Positions 38,353-49,569 of a stretch of DNA of 64,000 bases are shown here, piece after piece. Position 1 is the first letter of the stretch, and the number at the start of each line of letters is the position of its first letter. The notes beneath the pieces were generated by a model that saw only the letters and a list, made by a program, of their open reading frames with translations, did no database searches and was not told the origin of the DNA. Where the stretch lies: NCBI GenBank assembly GCA_963750165.1, contig CAVVPN010000004.1, positions 480,001 to 544,000 of the forward strand, in the 5' to 3' direction. A program made the translations under genes and the position numbers. Origin of the DNA: an uncultured Gemmataceae bacterium (lineage in GTDB: Bacteria; Planctomycetota; Planctomycetia; Gemmatales; Gemmataceae).

Positions 38353-39834
38353 GTGCCGCACCGGACGCCGCCGGGAGCGTCCGCGCCAGGAGGGCCGTCG
38401 GTGATCGCAGCTGCCGCCACGCACGCCCCAAAACCGCTCACGCTGCTGGTGCCGCTCGTCGCCGTCGCCATCGCCGCGGCCGGCGCCCTGCCCTACGCCG
38501 GCGGCTGGAACGACGGCAGCCGCCTGGCCACGGTCGAGTCCCTGGTGGACCGTCACACCCTGGCCATTGACGATTCCGTCTTCGTGCAGGTGCCTGGCGA
38601 CCTGTCGCAGCCTCCCTATCCCGCCACCGACCCCGGCACGCGCGCTCACGGCACCTACGACAAACTGCTGATCCGCGGCCATTTTTACTCGGACAAGCCC
38701 GCGATCATCTCGATCCTGATGGCCGCGGTTTACCAGGTGTGGGAACTGTGCGGCGGCCCGACCGCCGCCGAGCGCCCGGACCTGTTTTGCCTGCTCATGA
38801 CCATCACGACGAGCGGCCTGGCCTACGCCGTGGCGTGCGGTGGTCTCTGGCTGCTGGGCGGACGGCTGGGCCTGGCGCCGGGCCTGCGGTCGCTGTGGAC
38901 GGCCGCGTTCGCGCTGGCGACAACGGCCCTGCCGTACACGCGGCACGTCAACAACCACATCCTGCTGCTGGGCGTCACGGCACTGCTGTTCGTTCAGCTG
39001 CAAACGCTGGCGGCGGAGAGCCGGGCCGGTCGCGTCCGTCCGAGGTGCATGGTGTGCATCGGCGGGCTGGCGGGGCTGGCGTACTGCCTGGACCTCGGTA
39101 TCGGGCCGGTCCTGCTGCTGTGCCTGGGGCCGCTGCTGCTGTACCGCTGCCGCCGTGTTGCGCCGCTGGCCTGGTGCATCCTCGGGGCGCTGCCCTGGTT
39201 GGCGGCGCACCACACGCTGAACTACCTCATCGGCGGCACCTTCAAACCGATGAACACGGTGCCGGAGTATTCGCAGTGGCCGGGCTGTCCATTCACGCCG
39301 GCGAACATGACCGGCTTTCTGCGGCACGAGGGCTGGGAGTTGCTCGTGTACGCGCTGGCGCTGCTGTTCGGCAAGCACGGCTTCATCGGACACAACCTGC
39401 CGTTGTTCCTGGCGCTGCCGGGCGTGTGGCTGCTGCGCGACCGGCTGTGGCGCGACGCGGAACTGCTGTTCGCGCTGGCGTGGTGCGGCGGCTGCTGGCT
39501 GTTGTACGCGGCGTTTTCCAACAACTATTCAGGCTCGTGCTGTTCGATTCGCTGGTTTGTGCCGCTGTTGGTGCCGGGGTTTTACGTCCTCGGCCTGCTG
39601 CTGCGCGAGCGGCCCGAGTGCCGGTGGGACTTCGCGGTGCTGAGCGGCGGCGGTGTCGTGCTGGCGGCGATCATGTGGTGGCACGGGCCGTGGTGGGGCC
39701 GCATGGTGCCGCTGGTCTGGCCGGTGCAGGGGCTGACGCTGGCCGGCTGGCTCATCGTCCACGTCTGGCGCCGGCGGCTGGAACGAGGGCAAACCGCGGC
39801 AGCGCCGGAACCGCTCGCCGCACGGGCCGCTTGA
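38353..39834 (+). CDS. Polytopic membrane protein (GT-C-like)
   Basis: NDGSRLATVESLVD, HFYSDKP, many TM helices. Confidence 0.65.
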   Translation: MPHRTPPGASAPGGPSVIAAAATHAPKPLTLLVPLVAVAIAAAGALPYAGGWNDGSRLATVESLVDRHTLAIDDSVFVQVPGDLSQPPYPATDPGTRAHGTYDKLLIRGHFYSDKPAIISILMAAVYQVWELCGGPTAAERPDLFCLLMTITTSGLAYAVACGGLWLLGGRLGLAPGLRSLWTAAFALATTALPYTRHVNNHILLLGVTALLFVQLQTLAAESRAGRVRPRCMVCIGGLAGLAYCLDLGIGPVLLLCLGPLLLYRCRRVAPLAWCILGALPWLAAHHTLNYLIGGTFKPMNTVPEYSQWPGCPFTPANMTGFLRHEGWELLVYALALLFGKHGFIGHNLPLFLALPGVWLLRDRLWRDAELLFALAWCGGCWLLYAAFSNNYSGSCCSIRWFVPLLVPGFYVLGLLLRERPECRWDFAVLSGGGVVLAAIMWWHGPWWGRMVPLVWPVQGLTLAGWLIVHVWRRRLERGQTAAAPEPLAARAA

Positions 39835-39855
39835 CCCGGCCGGAGGGAGAAGGGC

Positions 39856-41139
39856 ATGAACGTCACGCACATGCGCCGCATTGACCGCTGGCTCGGCACG
39901 CCAGTCTGTTTCCTGCTGACCTGCTGGCGCCGGCTGTTTGGCCGTCGTCCACCCGCCGCGGAGCGAAAGCCGCGCTCCATTCTGTTCATCAAACTCGCGG
40001 AGCAGGGCTCGACCGTGCTGGCCCAGTCCGCTCTGCGTGCCGCCGTCGAGCGCGTCGGCCGCGATAACGTGTATTTCTTGCTGTTCGCCGAGAATCGGCC
40101 CATCCTGGACCTGCTCGAACTGGTGCCGCCGCGGAACGTCATCGCCATCGACGCCCGCGGTCTGTGCGGGGCGGTGGTTGGGGCGCTGCGGGCGCTGTTT
40201 CGGCTACGTCGGTTGCACGTCGAGGCGGCGCTGGATCTGGAGTTCTTCGCCCGCTCCTCGGCAGCGCTGTGCTACCTGAGCGGCGCCCGCTGGCGCGTCG
40301 GTTTCCACAGCTTCGGCAACGAGGCCGCCTATCGCGGCGACCTGCTGACACACCGTCTGTCCTTCAACGCCTACCTGCACACGAGCCAGACGTTTCGCCT
40401 GCTGGTCGAGGCGCTCGACCGGCCCGCGGCGACGCTGCCGACGTTCCCGCTGGTGCCCGCGGCGCCGGAGCCGGCGGCCGCGTCGTTCGCGCCGGCGGCC
40501 GAGGAACTGGCGGAGGTGCGGCAACTCGTGGGGCAGACATTCCTGTCTGCCAACCTTTCAAAGATGGCAGACAGGAATGTCTGCCCCACGACACCGACCC
40601 AACTGTTCCTGCTCAACGCCAACGCCAGCGACCTGGTGCCGCTGCGCCGCTGGGCCGACGACCGCTATGTCGAACTGGCCCAGCGGCTGCTGAAGCACTA
40701 CCCCGACGCCAGCGTCCTGTTCACCGGTGCTCCCGCGGAGGAGGAAGCGGCCGCGGCGCTGGTGCGGCGCGTGGGTTCGCCGCGCTGCGGCTCGCTGGCC
40801 GGCAAAACCACCCTGCGCCAGCTGCTGGTGCTGTACTGCCTGGCGGATGTGCTGGTCACCAACGACAGCGGCCCCGCTCACTTTGCGACGCTGACGCCCG
40901 TTGACGTGGTGGTGCTGTTCGGTCCGGAGACGCCGTGGTTGTTCGCCGCCGTGTCGCCGCGCACGCACCCGCTCTGGGCCGGCCTGGCGTGCAGCCCGTG
41001 CGTCAGCGCCTTCAACGACCGCCACTCGTCCTGCCGCGACAACGTGTGCATGCAGCACCTCAGCGTCGGCCAGGTGTTCGAGGTGGTGTGTCGGGTATAC
41101 GAGGCCCGCGCCGGTCGGGGGCAACGGCTGGCCGCCTGA
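39856..41139 (+). CDS. Glycosyltransferase family 9 (heptosyltransferase-like)
   Basis: LRRW, LAGKTTL, VTNDSGPAHFA, VVLFGP, CSPC...C..NVCM. Confidence 0.9.
   Translation: MNVTHMRRIDRWLGTPVCFLLTCWRRLFGRRPPAAERKPRSILFIKLAEQGSTVLAQSALRAAVERVGRDNVYFLLFAENRPILDLLELVPPRNVIAIDARGLCGAVVGALRALFRLRRLHVEAALDLEFFARSSAALCYLSGARWRVGFHSFGNEAAYRGDLLTHRLSFNAYLHTSQTFRLLVEALDRPAATLPTFPLVPAAPEPAAASFAPAAEELAEVRQLVGQTFLSANLSKMADRNVCPTTPTQLFLLNANASDLVPLRRWADDRYVELAQRLLKHYPDASVLFTGAPAEEEAAAALVRRVGSPRCGSLAGKTTLRQLLVLYCLADVLVTNDSGPAHFATLTPVDVVVLFGPETPWLFAAVSPRTHPLWAGLACSPCVSAFNDRHSSCRDNVCMQHLSVGQVFEVVCRVYEARAGRGQRLAA
40528..40589. repeat. REP doublet embedded in-frame in the GT9 CDS
   Basis: GTGGGGCAGACATTCCTGTCTGCC-14 nt-GGCAGACAGGAATGTCTGCCCCAC. 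Confidence 0.92.
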
Positions 41140-41157
41140 TACGGCGCGGCGCATCGG

Positions 41158-42570
41158 TCATTCGTTCCGCCCGAAGTACAGGTGCTGCGGAATCAGGTCG
41201 AAGCACGGCAGTTCGATCAGCGGGTGGTTCAGGAACCCCACCATCGGGTCGGCGACGAGGAAATACGACACGAAGACGCGCGCGAAGTACACGACCCACA
41301 CGAGGAACAGCAGCGTGAACAGGATGCGATGCACCGCCCAGCGCACCGTCAGCCGCGCCCACCAGCCGACGCCGATCGGCGCCGCCGTCGGCACGATGGT
41401 CAGCTGGAGTTTGTCGAACCAGCGGGCGAGGACCGGGTGCAGTTCACCGTGCGTGACGGTGCCGCGCCGCAACGCCTTCAGCACCGCCGAGCGGTAAATG
41501 ACTGCCGCCACCCAGCGCAGCAGCAGCAGCAGCGGGAACAGCACGAACAGGCTCCAGCGCCAGAACTCCTCACGGAACGCCTGCAATGCCTGCTGCGGCG
41601 ACAGGTCGGCCCGGTTGGGCGTAAAATGCTCCGCGAACGCATTGAGCCGGATGCCCATGAACACCAGGGACGCGAAGACGATCAGCGCCGCCAGACCGAC
41701 ATAGGCCCCCAGCCGCGCCCGGATCAGCCGCCAGACGAAGCGGAACTCGAAGAACGCCCGCGCCTGGCCGGTCGCCGCCTGGTGCACCTGGGCCATCGGC
41801 ACGTAGAACAGCGCGGCGATCAGCAGCACGCCGCCCGTGAAGTAGAAGACCGCACCGTAGCCGGACTGCTCGTAGCCCTTGTGGAACGAATTCAGCCAGC
41901 CGAACTCCCAGCCGGCCAGCATGAACAGGCAGCCCCAGCCCAGGAGCAGCGCGTCACACAGCAGCGCCTCCGCGCCGAGGCGCGCATTCCGCCAGAACGA
42001 ACCCAGTGGCACCGACAGCACCCGGCCGAGCTGCCGTAGCGGTCCCGCAGGCAGGCCGCCCGGCCCCGGCCGGCGCAGCACCTCGCCGATGCGCTCGCGC
42101 CAGAAGAACCGTGGCCGCGGCACTGGACCGTCCGGGCCAAGCGTGTCGCAGAATTCGCGGAAGGACATCTGCTGACGCAGGGGGCTGCGCCGCCACCAGC
42201 CGCGCAGCACCACGGCCTGCATCCAGCGGTAGGTCCAGCCGACGACCACCACGGCGGTGAAATAGCTCAGCACGAACACGCCGGTGAAGCACAGCGTCGC
42301 GCCGACCAGCCAGCGCCACAGCCAGCCGGCCGTCGCGCGCAGGCCGTGCAGCAGCACCGCGTCCGGCGGCTTCCGCGCCGCGGTGGGTCGAACCGGTTCC
42401 AGGGGCAGCGCCTCCTCGATCAGCTCGGCGTGCTCGGCCTCCTCGACTGGCGGCAGCACTTCCTCCACCAGCGTGGCCTGTTCGACGACCACGACCGAGA
42501 GGGACGGGACCGGCGGCGCCGGCAGTGCCTGGGGGATGGGCAGGACTTCAGGGAATTCTGACGGGTTCAC
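41158..42570 (-). CDS. Hypothetical integral membrane protein
   Basis: Multiple TM segments; FGWLNSFHKGYEQ. Confidence 0.75.
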   Translation of the reverse strand: MNPSEFPEVLPIPQALPAPPVPSLSVVVVEQATLVEEVLPPVEEAEHAELIEEALPLEPVRPTAARKPPDAVLLHGLRATAGWLWRWLVGATLCFTGVFVLSYFTAVVVVGWTYRWMQAVVLRGWWRRSPLRQQMSFREFCDTLGPDGPVPRPRFFWRERIGEVLRRPGPGGLPAGPLRQLGRVLSVPLGSFWRNARLGAEALLCDALLLGWGCLFMLAGWEFGWLNSFHKGYEQSGYGAVFYFTGGVLLIAALFYVPMAQVHQAATGQARAFFEFRFVWRLIRARLGAYVGLAALIVFASLVFMGIRLNAFAEHFTPNRADLSPQQALQAFREEFWRWSLFVLFPLLLLLRWVAAVIYRSAVLKALRRGTVTHGELHPVLARWFDKLQLTIVPTAAPIGVGWWARLTVRWAVHRILFTLLFLVWVVYFARVFVSYFLVADPMVGFLNHPLIELPCFDLIPQHLYFGRNE

Positions 42571-43815
42571 GCGATGGCCTCCTCGAAGGCGGCGGCGCCG
42601 GGGTCAGCGTGCGGCGTCGCGAAGCCCATGATGTGGCCGACGGTTGCTGCGATGCCGGCCTGCTGCCGCAACCGATCAACGGCCAGGACGCGGCCGTGAT
42701 TGAGCGGTCGGGCGATGCCGGGGCCGCAGAACAGGGCGAAAATCTCACGGGCGCTTTGGGTGTTGAAGTGGTGCTGGTACGGCACCGGCATGGCCCGATT
42801 GCTGTCGCGGCCGCAGTCCGGGATGATGACGAAGACGGTGTTGTCACGATATTCCGGGTCCGCCTGCGCGGCGTTGTAAATCTCGCGGATGCCCTCGTCG
42901 ATGATGGAAATGGCGCGCGTGTAAAATTGCGGGTTGCCCCAGTGGACGTAATCGGGATCCTGATAATTAAGCATCATCAGTTTGGGCTTGAGTTCGCGCA
43001 GCGCCTGCACGCGCCAGGGTCGTCAGCAATCGGTCGCCGCGCGGGTTCACCAGTCCGGTGCGGCCGTAGTAGTCGCGCCAGTTGCGCCAGAAGCGGTCCA
43101 GCTCGGGGCCGATGACGGTCGGGTCTGGGTTACGGTAATCGCGCCGCGCCATCTGGTCCAGCTGCCGCTGCTTCTGCCGCCGCTCCTGGTCGGTGAAGTC
43201 GCCGTTGGCCAGTTCGTCGCGGAGCAGGAACGTCTTGAAGCGGAACAGGCTCAGCACGGTCGAACGGTAGTGGACGCCGAAGAGATGGTGATTGCTGAAG
43301 GTGTAAAACTCCTCGTTGATGCGGTCCTCGCCGTTGATGAGCAGCGCTTCGTGCTCCGCGACATGGTAAGCGCGGCGCAGGTACTCGAAGAGCGTCGGCA
43401 CCTCCGCCTCGAAGCGGTCGGCCAGCGGTTGATCGAAAACGTCACGGTAGTGGGCGTACTTGCCGGTTAGAATGTACAGGGTGTTCTGGCCGTGGCTGGT
43501 GGTGTATGGCGACTCGATCTCGACGTTGGAGAACAGCACGCCGCGCTGTCGCTGAAACAATTCGTGATAGACGAACGGACAGTACGTGTGGGCGGCGTCC
43601 TGAATGGTTTCGCGACGGCGGACGCCACCCCCGAACCGAATGAGGATGACGCGCCTCCCCTGATAGGGGGGCCGGTTTTCGGGGACGGGCTCCGCGGCCG
43701 GTTGTTGCCGGATCGGCGGCCTGCCGATCTCGAAGCTGAGGGACAGCCCCGCGGCAAGGGCGCCCACGCCGGCGGTCTGGTAGAGAAAGCGTCTGCGGTC
43801 GAGCGGTTCGCTCAT
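42567..43815 (-). CDS. Tat-exported alkaline phosphatase/sulfatase-superfamily protein, frameshift near 43010
   Basis: DRRRFL signal, VILIRFGGG.R, TSH, DPDYVH, IIPDCGR, QHH. Confidence 0.65.
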
Positions 43816-43930
43816 GGGATGTCTCGCGCAACAAGGGGGGCTGCCGGTTATTCGTTCGGGGGCAACGGTACATTTTGAACTACCCAGGGAATTTCGCCCA
43901 GTTTCCCGTGTGCGGAGGTGGGGTCGCACC

Positions 43931-44350
43931 ATGTTTGAGGTGAACGAGCGGATGACCATCCCTGAAGAGGAGTTCGACTGGAGCTACGCGCGCTCGGGCG
44001 GTCCCGGCGGTCAGAACGTCAACAAGGTCGCCAGCAAGGCGGTGCTGCACTGGGACGTGGCCCACAATGTGACGGTGCCGGCGGAGGTGCGGGCGCGGCT
44101 GTGCGCGCTGCAGCGGCGGCGCGTGACCACCGAGGGCGTGCTGGTGCTGACCTCGCAGCGCTTCCGCGATCAGGAGAAGAACCGTGCCGATTGCCTGGAG
44201 AAGTTGCGCGAACTGCTGATCGAGGCGGCCCATGTGCCGAAGGCGCGCCGGGCAACGAAGCCGTCGCGCGGCAGCAAGGAGCGGCGGTTGCAGGCGAAGC
44301 AGCGGCGGTCGGTGACCAAGGCGGGGCGGCGCGGGCCGGTGGAGGAATGA
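43931..44350 (+). CDS. arfB: Alternative ribosome rescue peptidyl-tRNA hydrolase ArfB
   Basis: RSGGPGGQNVNK, basic C-terminal tail RRATKPS. Confidence 0.95.
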   Translation: MFEVNERMTIPEEEFDWSYARSGGPGGQNVNKVASKAVLHWDVAHNVTVPAEVRARLCALQRRRVTTEGVLVLTSQRFRDQEKNRADCLEKLRELLIEAAHVPKARRATKPSRGSKERRLQAKQRRSVTKAGRRGPVEE

Positions 44351-44513
44351 CGAATGACGCGGGCGTGCCGTCCGCTGGCTTCGTTCGTTCAGATGACGTT
44401 CCTACGCATAATCCTCACTCTATCCTGCAGATGAGAGTGCTTTTCGTTTGCCATCCCCTGCCGCAAATGTGCGGCTGTCAAAGGACGAGGACTTTGACCC
44501 GCAGGCCGGACGG

Positions 44514-44708
44514 ATGACAACCTTTCGCAATCTGCTTGTTTACAACGACAAGGTCCAGTTGATTGAAGAATTCTCTCCGACAACTGAACAACAAGTGATC
44601 GACTTTGATAACTTGTATGCGACGGTAAGACGCTCGGCCTGCAAAACGGACGACGTGCTGGAAAAACTGACGACGGAACTTCGGAAAAAAGTTCACGAAC
44701 CAGCCTGA
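44514..44708 (+). CDS. Small hypothetical protein or fragment, low GC
   Basis: 64-aa ORF in an AT-richer patch. Confidence 0.35.
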   Translation: MTTFRNLLVYNDKVQLIEEFSPTTEQQVIDFDNLYATVRRSACKTDDVLEKLTTELRKKVHEPA

Positions 44709-44727
44709 TCGTTCTTCGGCGACACGG

Positions 44728-45939
44728 TCACCGCAGCTCATGCACCTCCGTCTCGCCCAGCGGCCGGTCGAGGGTGCAACCCAGCTGCCAGACCTTCTCC
44801 GCCAGCTGCTTGACCCAGACCACGCGCACCACCAGCGAGCGACGCTTGATGGTTTCGTTCTCGATCGTGATGGTCAACAGCGTGCCGCGCTCGAAGCGGC
44901 GGTTGAGTTCCAGGCAGACCCCAGTCTCGGAAATGTTAATCACCTTGCCGAACCAGGGCTTGTCCAGGATGGGCTGGAAGGGCTGGCAGGCGGTGTCGCG
45001 CCCGGAGCGAAAGCGCTTCTTGGCCCGCTTGTCGCTCGGCCGCGGGATCCGGCCGGAACTGACCCGCTTGACGCCGGGCAGCGGCGCTGGCGCCGCCGGC
45101 GTGTCCGTCAGGAGCCGCAGGAATTCCTGCACCGACGCCGGCCGTTCCTGGCGCTCCACACGCAGGCCCTGGAGGATGGCAGCGGCGACCCGTTCACTCA
45201 ACTCCGGGACCAGCTGCTGCGGCGGCACCAGTTCGTTCGCGAGCTTTTTCTTGTAAATCGTGGTCACGGCCTTGACCGAGTGCGCCTTGAACGGCAGCAC
45301 ACCGGTGACCGCCATGTACAGCGTCGCCGCCAGCGAATACAGGTCGCTGAGGGCGTCGGCCCGTTTGGCGTCCTCGAACTGCTCCGGGGACATGAAGTTG
45401 GGCGTGCCCAGGCAGCTCATCGTGTGCGTCAGGTTGAAATCGTTGCCCTGGTCCTTGACCAGGCCCAGATCCGTGAGCTTGGCCTGGCCGGCCGTGGCGA
45501 GCAGGATGTTGTCCGGCTTGACATCGCGGTGGATCAGCCGGCACTGGTGCGCCCAGTGCAGCGCCCGGCCCACCTGGCAAATTATCCGCACCGCCTCCGC
45601 CTCGGACAGCTTGCCCGTGCGCTCCAGGCACTGGCCCAGCGTTTCGCCATCCACGAACTCCATCACCAGGAACGGCTTGGTTCCGTCCAGACCGAAGTCC
45701 AGCACCCGTACAATATTAGGGTGGTTCAGCTTGCGGGCCACCTGGCACTCCTGCGCAAAGCGCATGCGCAGCACCGGGTCGTCGGCCACCTCCCCGGGCA
45801 GCACCTTGACGGCCAGCGGCCTGCCCGTGTCCGGATCCTGACTGCGGTAGACCGTCCCCATGCCGCCCCTGCCGATCTTTTCCAGCAACAGATACTTGCC
45901 GACCTGGGTGAGGCTTACCTGAGAAGTCATTCGCGTCAT
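44728..45939 (-). CDS. Ser/Thr protein kinase with C-terminal PilZ domain
   Basis: GRGGMG, HRDVKPDN, DLG, FMSPE; KRAKKRF and NISETG. Confidence 0.9.
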   Translation of the reverse strand: MTRMTSQVSLTQVGKYLLLEKIGRGGMGTVYRSQDPDTGRPLAVKVLPGEVADDPVLRMRFAQECQVARKLNHPNIVRVLDFGLDGTKPFLVMEFVDGETLGQCLERTGKLSEAEAVRIICQVGRALHWAHQCRLIHRDVKPDNILLATAGQAKLTDLGLVKDQGNDFNLTHTMSCLGTPNFMSPEQFEDAKRADALSDLYSLAATLYMAVTGVLPFKAHSVKAVTTIYKKKLANELVPPQQLVPELSERVAAAILQGLRVERQERPASVQEFLRLLTDTPAAPAPLPGVKRVSSGRIPRPSDKRAKKRFRSGRDTACQPFQPILDKPWFGKVINISETGVCLELNRRFERGTLLTITIENETIKRRSLVVRVVWVKQLAEKVWQLGCTLDRPLGETEVHELR

Positions 45940-46335
45940 GGCGGTCCTCAATGCAGCGAACGCGCCCGCGGCGGCGCAGGCGGGGGACAACCGAGGGGCG
46001 TCCTCGGGTTGCCCAAGTTTAGATCATACCGGCACCGAGGGGAAATTTTTACCGGCGCAAAAGTCTCCACCCGGTTGGCTCCCTGGCGCCGGCAGCCCGC
46101 GGCACCACCCGACACACCGCCCCAAACGGACCCCGCCGCCCGCCGCCGCAGCATTGAGGTGCGATAGTTCACTTTTGCATTCCACAACGTTCACCGCTAA
46201 AATAAAGGAATAGATGAAGGTCGTGTGCAACTGACGTGAGTGAATCGTCGTATTCTTGTCGCCCTGACCTGCCGGGCCCTCTCCCGCCGGCTTAACCTAC
46301 CAGGCTCGGTTGCTCAGCTGAACAGGGATCCACCC

Positions 46336-49300
46336 ATGACCCGCCTGCACTGTCTGCTCCTTGCCATCGTCACGGTTTGCTGGGCGACCACCGCGCCGGC
46401 CCAGGAGCCGATCCGCTTCGCCCGCACCCCGGACATCTCACCGGACGGCAAACTGGTCGCCTTCAGCTACCTCGGCGACATCTGGGTGGTCGATGCGGTC
46501 GGCGGCGTCGCCCGGCCGGTGACCATGCACCTCAAGCATGACATCGGCCCCGTCTTCAGCCCGGACGGCAAATGGCTGGCCTTCTCGTCCAACCGCCACG
46601 GCACCTATGACGTGTACGTGGTGCCGGTCGAGGGTGGCAAGCCGCGGCGGCTGACTTTCGACGCCGCCGACGACTTCGTGACCAGCTGGACGCCCGACGG
46701 CAAGGCGGTGCTGTTCACGTCCACTCGCGGCACGGACTTCCCGGTGACGCAGCAGATGTATCTGGTGCCGGTGACCGGCGGCCAGGTGCGGCGCATCATC
46801 GAGGGCCGCGAGGGCGTCGTCGCGCCGGCCGGCAACCGGATCGCCTACGCGCGCGGCTCCGGCACCTGGTATCGCAAGGGCTACCGCGGTTCGTCCAACG
46901 ACGACCTCTGGATTTGCGATCTCGACGGCAACCACAACCGCCGCGTCACCCATTTCGAGGGCCAGGACAATTCGCCGATGTGGTCCCCCGACGGCCGCAC
47001 GCTGTATTACGTCACCGAAAGCTGTAGCGCTGCCGCTGTGGCCAACGTTGTCAAGCAGGAGTTGTCGAGCACCAAGGCCGGGTCGCTGGCGGTCGGCAAA
47101 CCGGAGGCGCTGACCAGCCACAAGGACGACCGCGTTCGCCAGGCGCGCATCAGCGGCAACGGCGCCTGGATCGTCTACGAGTGCGGCCACGATTTGTGGA
47201 TGGTGTCCACGAAAACCGGCCAGTCGCGCAAGCTGGCCATTGAGGTCAACGCCGACGAGAAGTCCGACGCCGAGCGCAACGTCACCTACACCAGCGGCGC
47301 GTCGGAGTTCGCCATCTCAGGCAACGACCGCTGGATCGCCCTGGTGGTTCACGGCGACATCTTCCTGATGCCGCGCGGCGGCGGCAAGGCGAAACGCCTC
47401 ACCGACCACCCCGCCAACGACCACGGCGCGGTCTTCTCGCCGGATTCCAAGAAAATTCTGTTCCTGTCGGATCGCGACGGCCACGAGGACGTGTATCTGC
47501 TGGAGTCGGATGATTCGGAGAGCACGAACTGATGAAGGCGCACAAGTTCAAGGTCCGCCGGCTGACGAACACGCCCGAGGCGGAAATGGGCCTGAATTTC
47601 TCGCCGGACGGCAAGCGCGTGTCATTCCTGCGTGCCGGCAAGTTGCTGACCATGAGCCCGGACGGCAGCGACGTGAAGGTGGTGGTGCCGCAGGGTCTGG
47701 TCATCGATTACGAGTGGTCGCCGGACTCGAAATGGATCGCCTATGCGCGCATGGACGGCAGCTGGGCGAGCGAGGTGTACGTGATCCCGGCCACGGGCGC
47801 CACGCCGGCGGACCCGGCCCGCAACGTCACGCGCTACGCCACCTACAACGCCAGCATCAGCTGGAGCAAGAACAACAAGCTGGCGTTCCTGAGCGAGCGC
47901 CTGGGCAACGGTACGCAGATGCACGTGCTGGCGCTGCAAAAGCCGGCCGTGGCGGGCACGCCCAGCGGCACCGGCATCGACTGGGAGGACGTGCATTTGC
48001 GCGTGACGCAGATTTCGCCGATGGACGCCTGGGGCGGGGCGATTTCGCCGGACGGCACGCGCGTCGCCTTCCGCGGCCGGCAGAACGGCGACGATTTGTG
48101 GGTCGCCAGCGCGGACGGCAAGGAACTGTTGCGCGTGACCAACAGCAACATGCGGCCGACGCAGATTCAATGGTCGCGGAGCGGTTACCTGTCGATGGTG
48201 TACTTCCGGGACACCAGCGGCCACCTGCGCATGACGACAGGCACGGGCGTGAGCACGCCAGCGCTGGTGCCCTTCGAGGCGAAAATGACCATCCGCCGCG
48301 ACGAGGAGTTCAAGGAACTGTTCGCGCAGTGCTGGCGGGCGCTGTACGAGAACTTTTACGATCCCACCTTCCACGGCGCCGACTGGCGGGCGATGCGTGC
48401 GAAGTATCTGCCACTGGTCGATCACGTGGTCATGCGCGAGGATTTTGACGCGCTCATCAGCCTGATGCTGGGCGAGCTGAACGCCTCGCACCTGGGGCTG
48501 ATCCCGCCGCAGTATCCGGCGCCGCAGCAGTACACGGCGGAGCTGGGGCTGATCTTCGACCGCGACTACCGCGGCCCCGGCCTGAAAATCGCGGAAATCC
48601 TCAAGCGCGGCCCGGCCGACAAGCGCGGTATTCAACTCAAGGCGGGCGACGTGATTGAGGCCATCGACCGTGTGCCGCTGACCGAGAAGGTCAACCTGGC
48701 GAAGCTGCTCAACGACAAGACAGGCGAGACGGTGGAGTTGCAGGTGGTGGCCAAGGCGGGCGACAAGGACAGGCGCCGCGTCAACCTGAATACGGTCGGC
48801 CGCGGTACCGTCCGCACGCTGATGTACGACCGCTGGGTGGCGAACAACGCCCGGCGCGTGGCGGAGCTGAGCAAGGGCAAGCTCGGCTACATCCACATCC
48901 CGAACATGCAGGAAGACGGCCTGACGCAGTTCATGCGTTCGCTGTACTCGGACAACTTCGACAAGGAGGCGATCGTGCTGGACGTGCGCTTCAACGGCGG
49001 CGGTTTCACGCACGACAAGGTGCTGAACTACCTGGGCGGCCGCGATCACACGTTCTTCCTGCAGCGCAACGGCGGTGCCGGCAACGTGCTGCGGGCGGCC
49101 GACCGCAAGTGGAGCAAGCCGGTGGTGCTGCTCATCAACAGTCGCTCGTACAGCGACGCGGAGATTTTCCCGCACGCCTTCCGATCGCTGGGCCTGGGCA
49201 AGCTGGTGGGCGAGCCGACCGGCAACCACGTGATCGCCACGTCGAGCGTGCGGCTGATCGACGGCTCGCTGTTCCGTGTACCGGGCACCGGCGTATTCAC

Positions 49301-49568
49301 CGCCGCGGGCGTCAACCTGGAGAAGGTCGGCGTGCGGCCGGACGTGCTGGTCGAGACGCACCCCGACCAGCTGGCGCGCGGCCAGGACGCCCAGCTGGAG
49401 AAGGCGGTGGACGTGCTGCGGCAGGAGGTGGCGGAGTGGAAGAAGAAGCACCCGACACCGGTGGTGCTGCTGCCGGACGGCGCGCCGGCGCCGCGGCCGC
49501 CGGAGGTGGCGCCGCCGACCGCCGTGCCCATGCCGCCGGTGCCGATGGCGCCAGCGCCGATGAAGTGA
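46336..49568 (+). CDS. Tricorn-like S41 protease (PD40 propellers + PDZ), frameshift near 47525
   Basis: Signal peptide, SPDGK repeats, GELNASH, GYIHI, DVRFNGGG, SYSDAE. Confidence 0.9.
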
Positions 49569-49569
49569 C

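Noticed and set aside
47510..47535. Two genuinely separate tricorn genes
   Set aside because: The break falls mid-propeller, and the second ORF lacks a signal peptide; an indel is more likely
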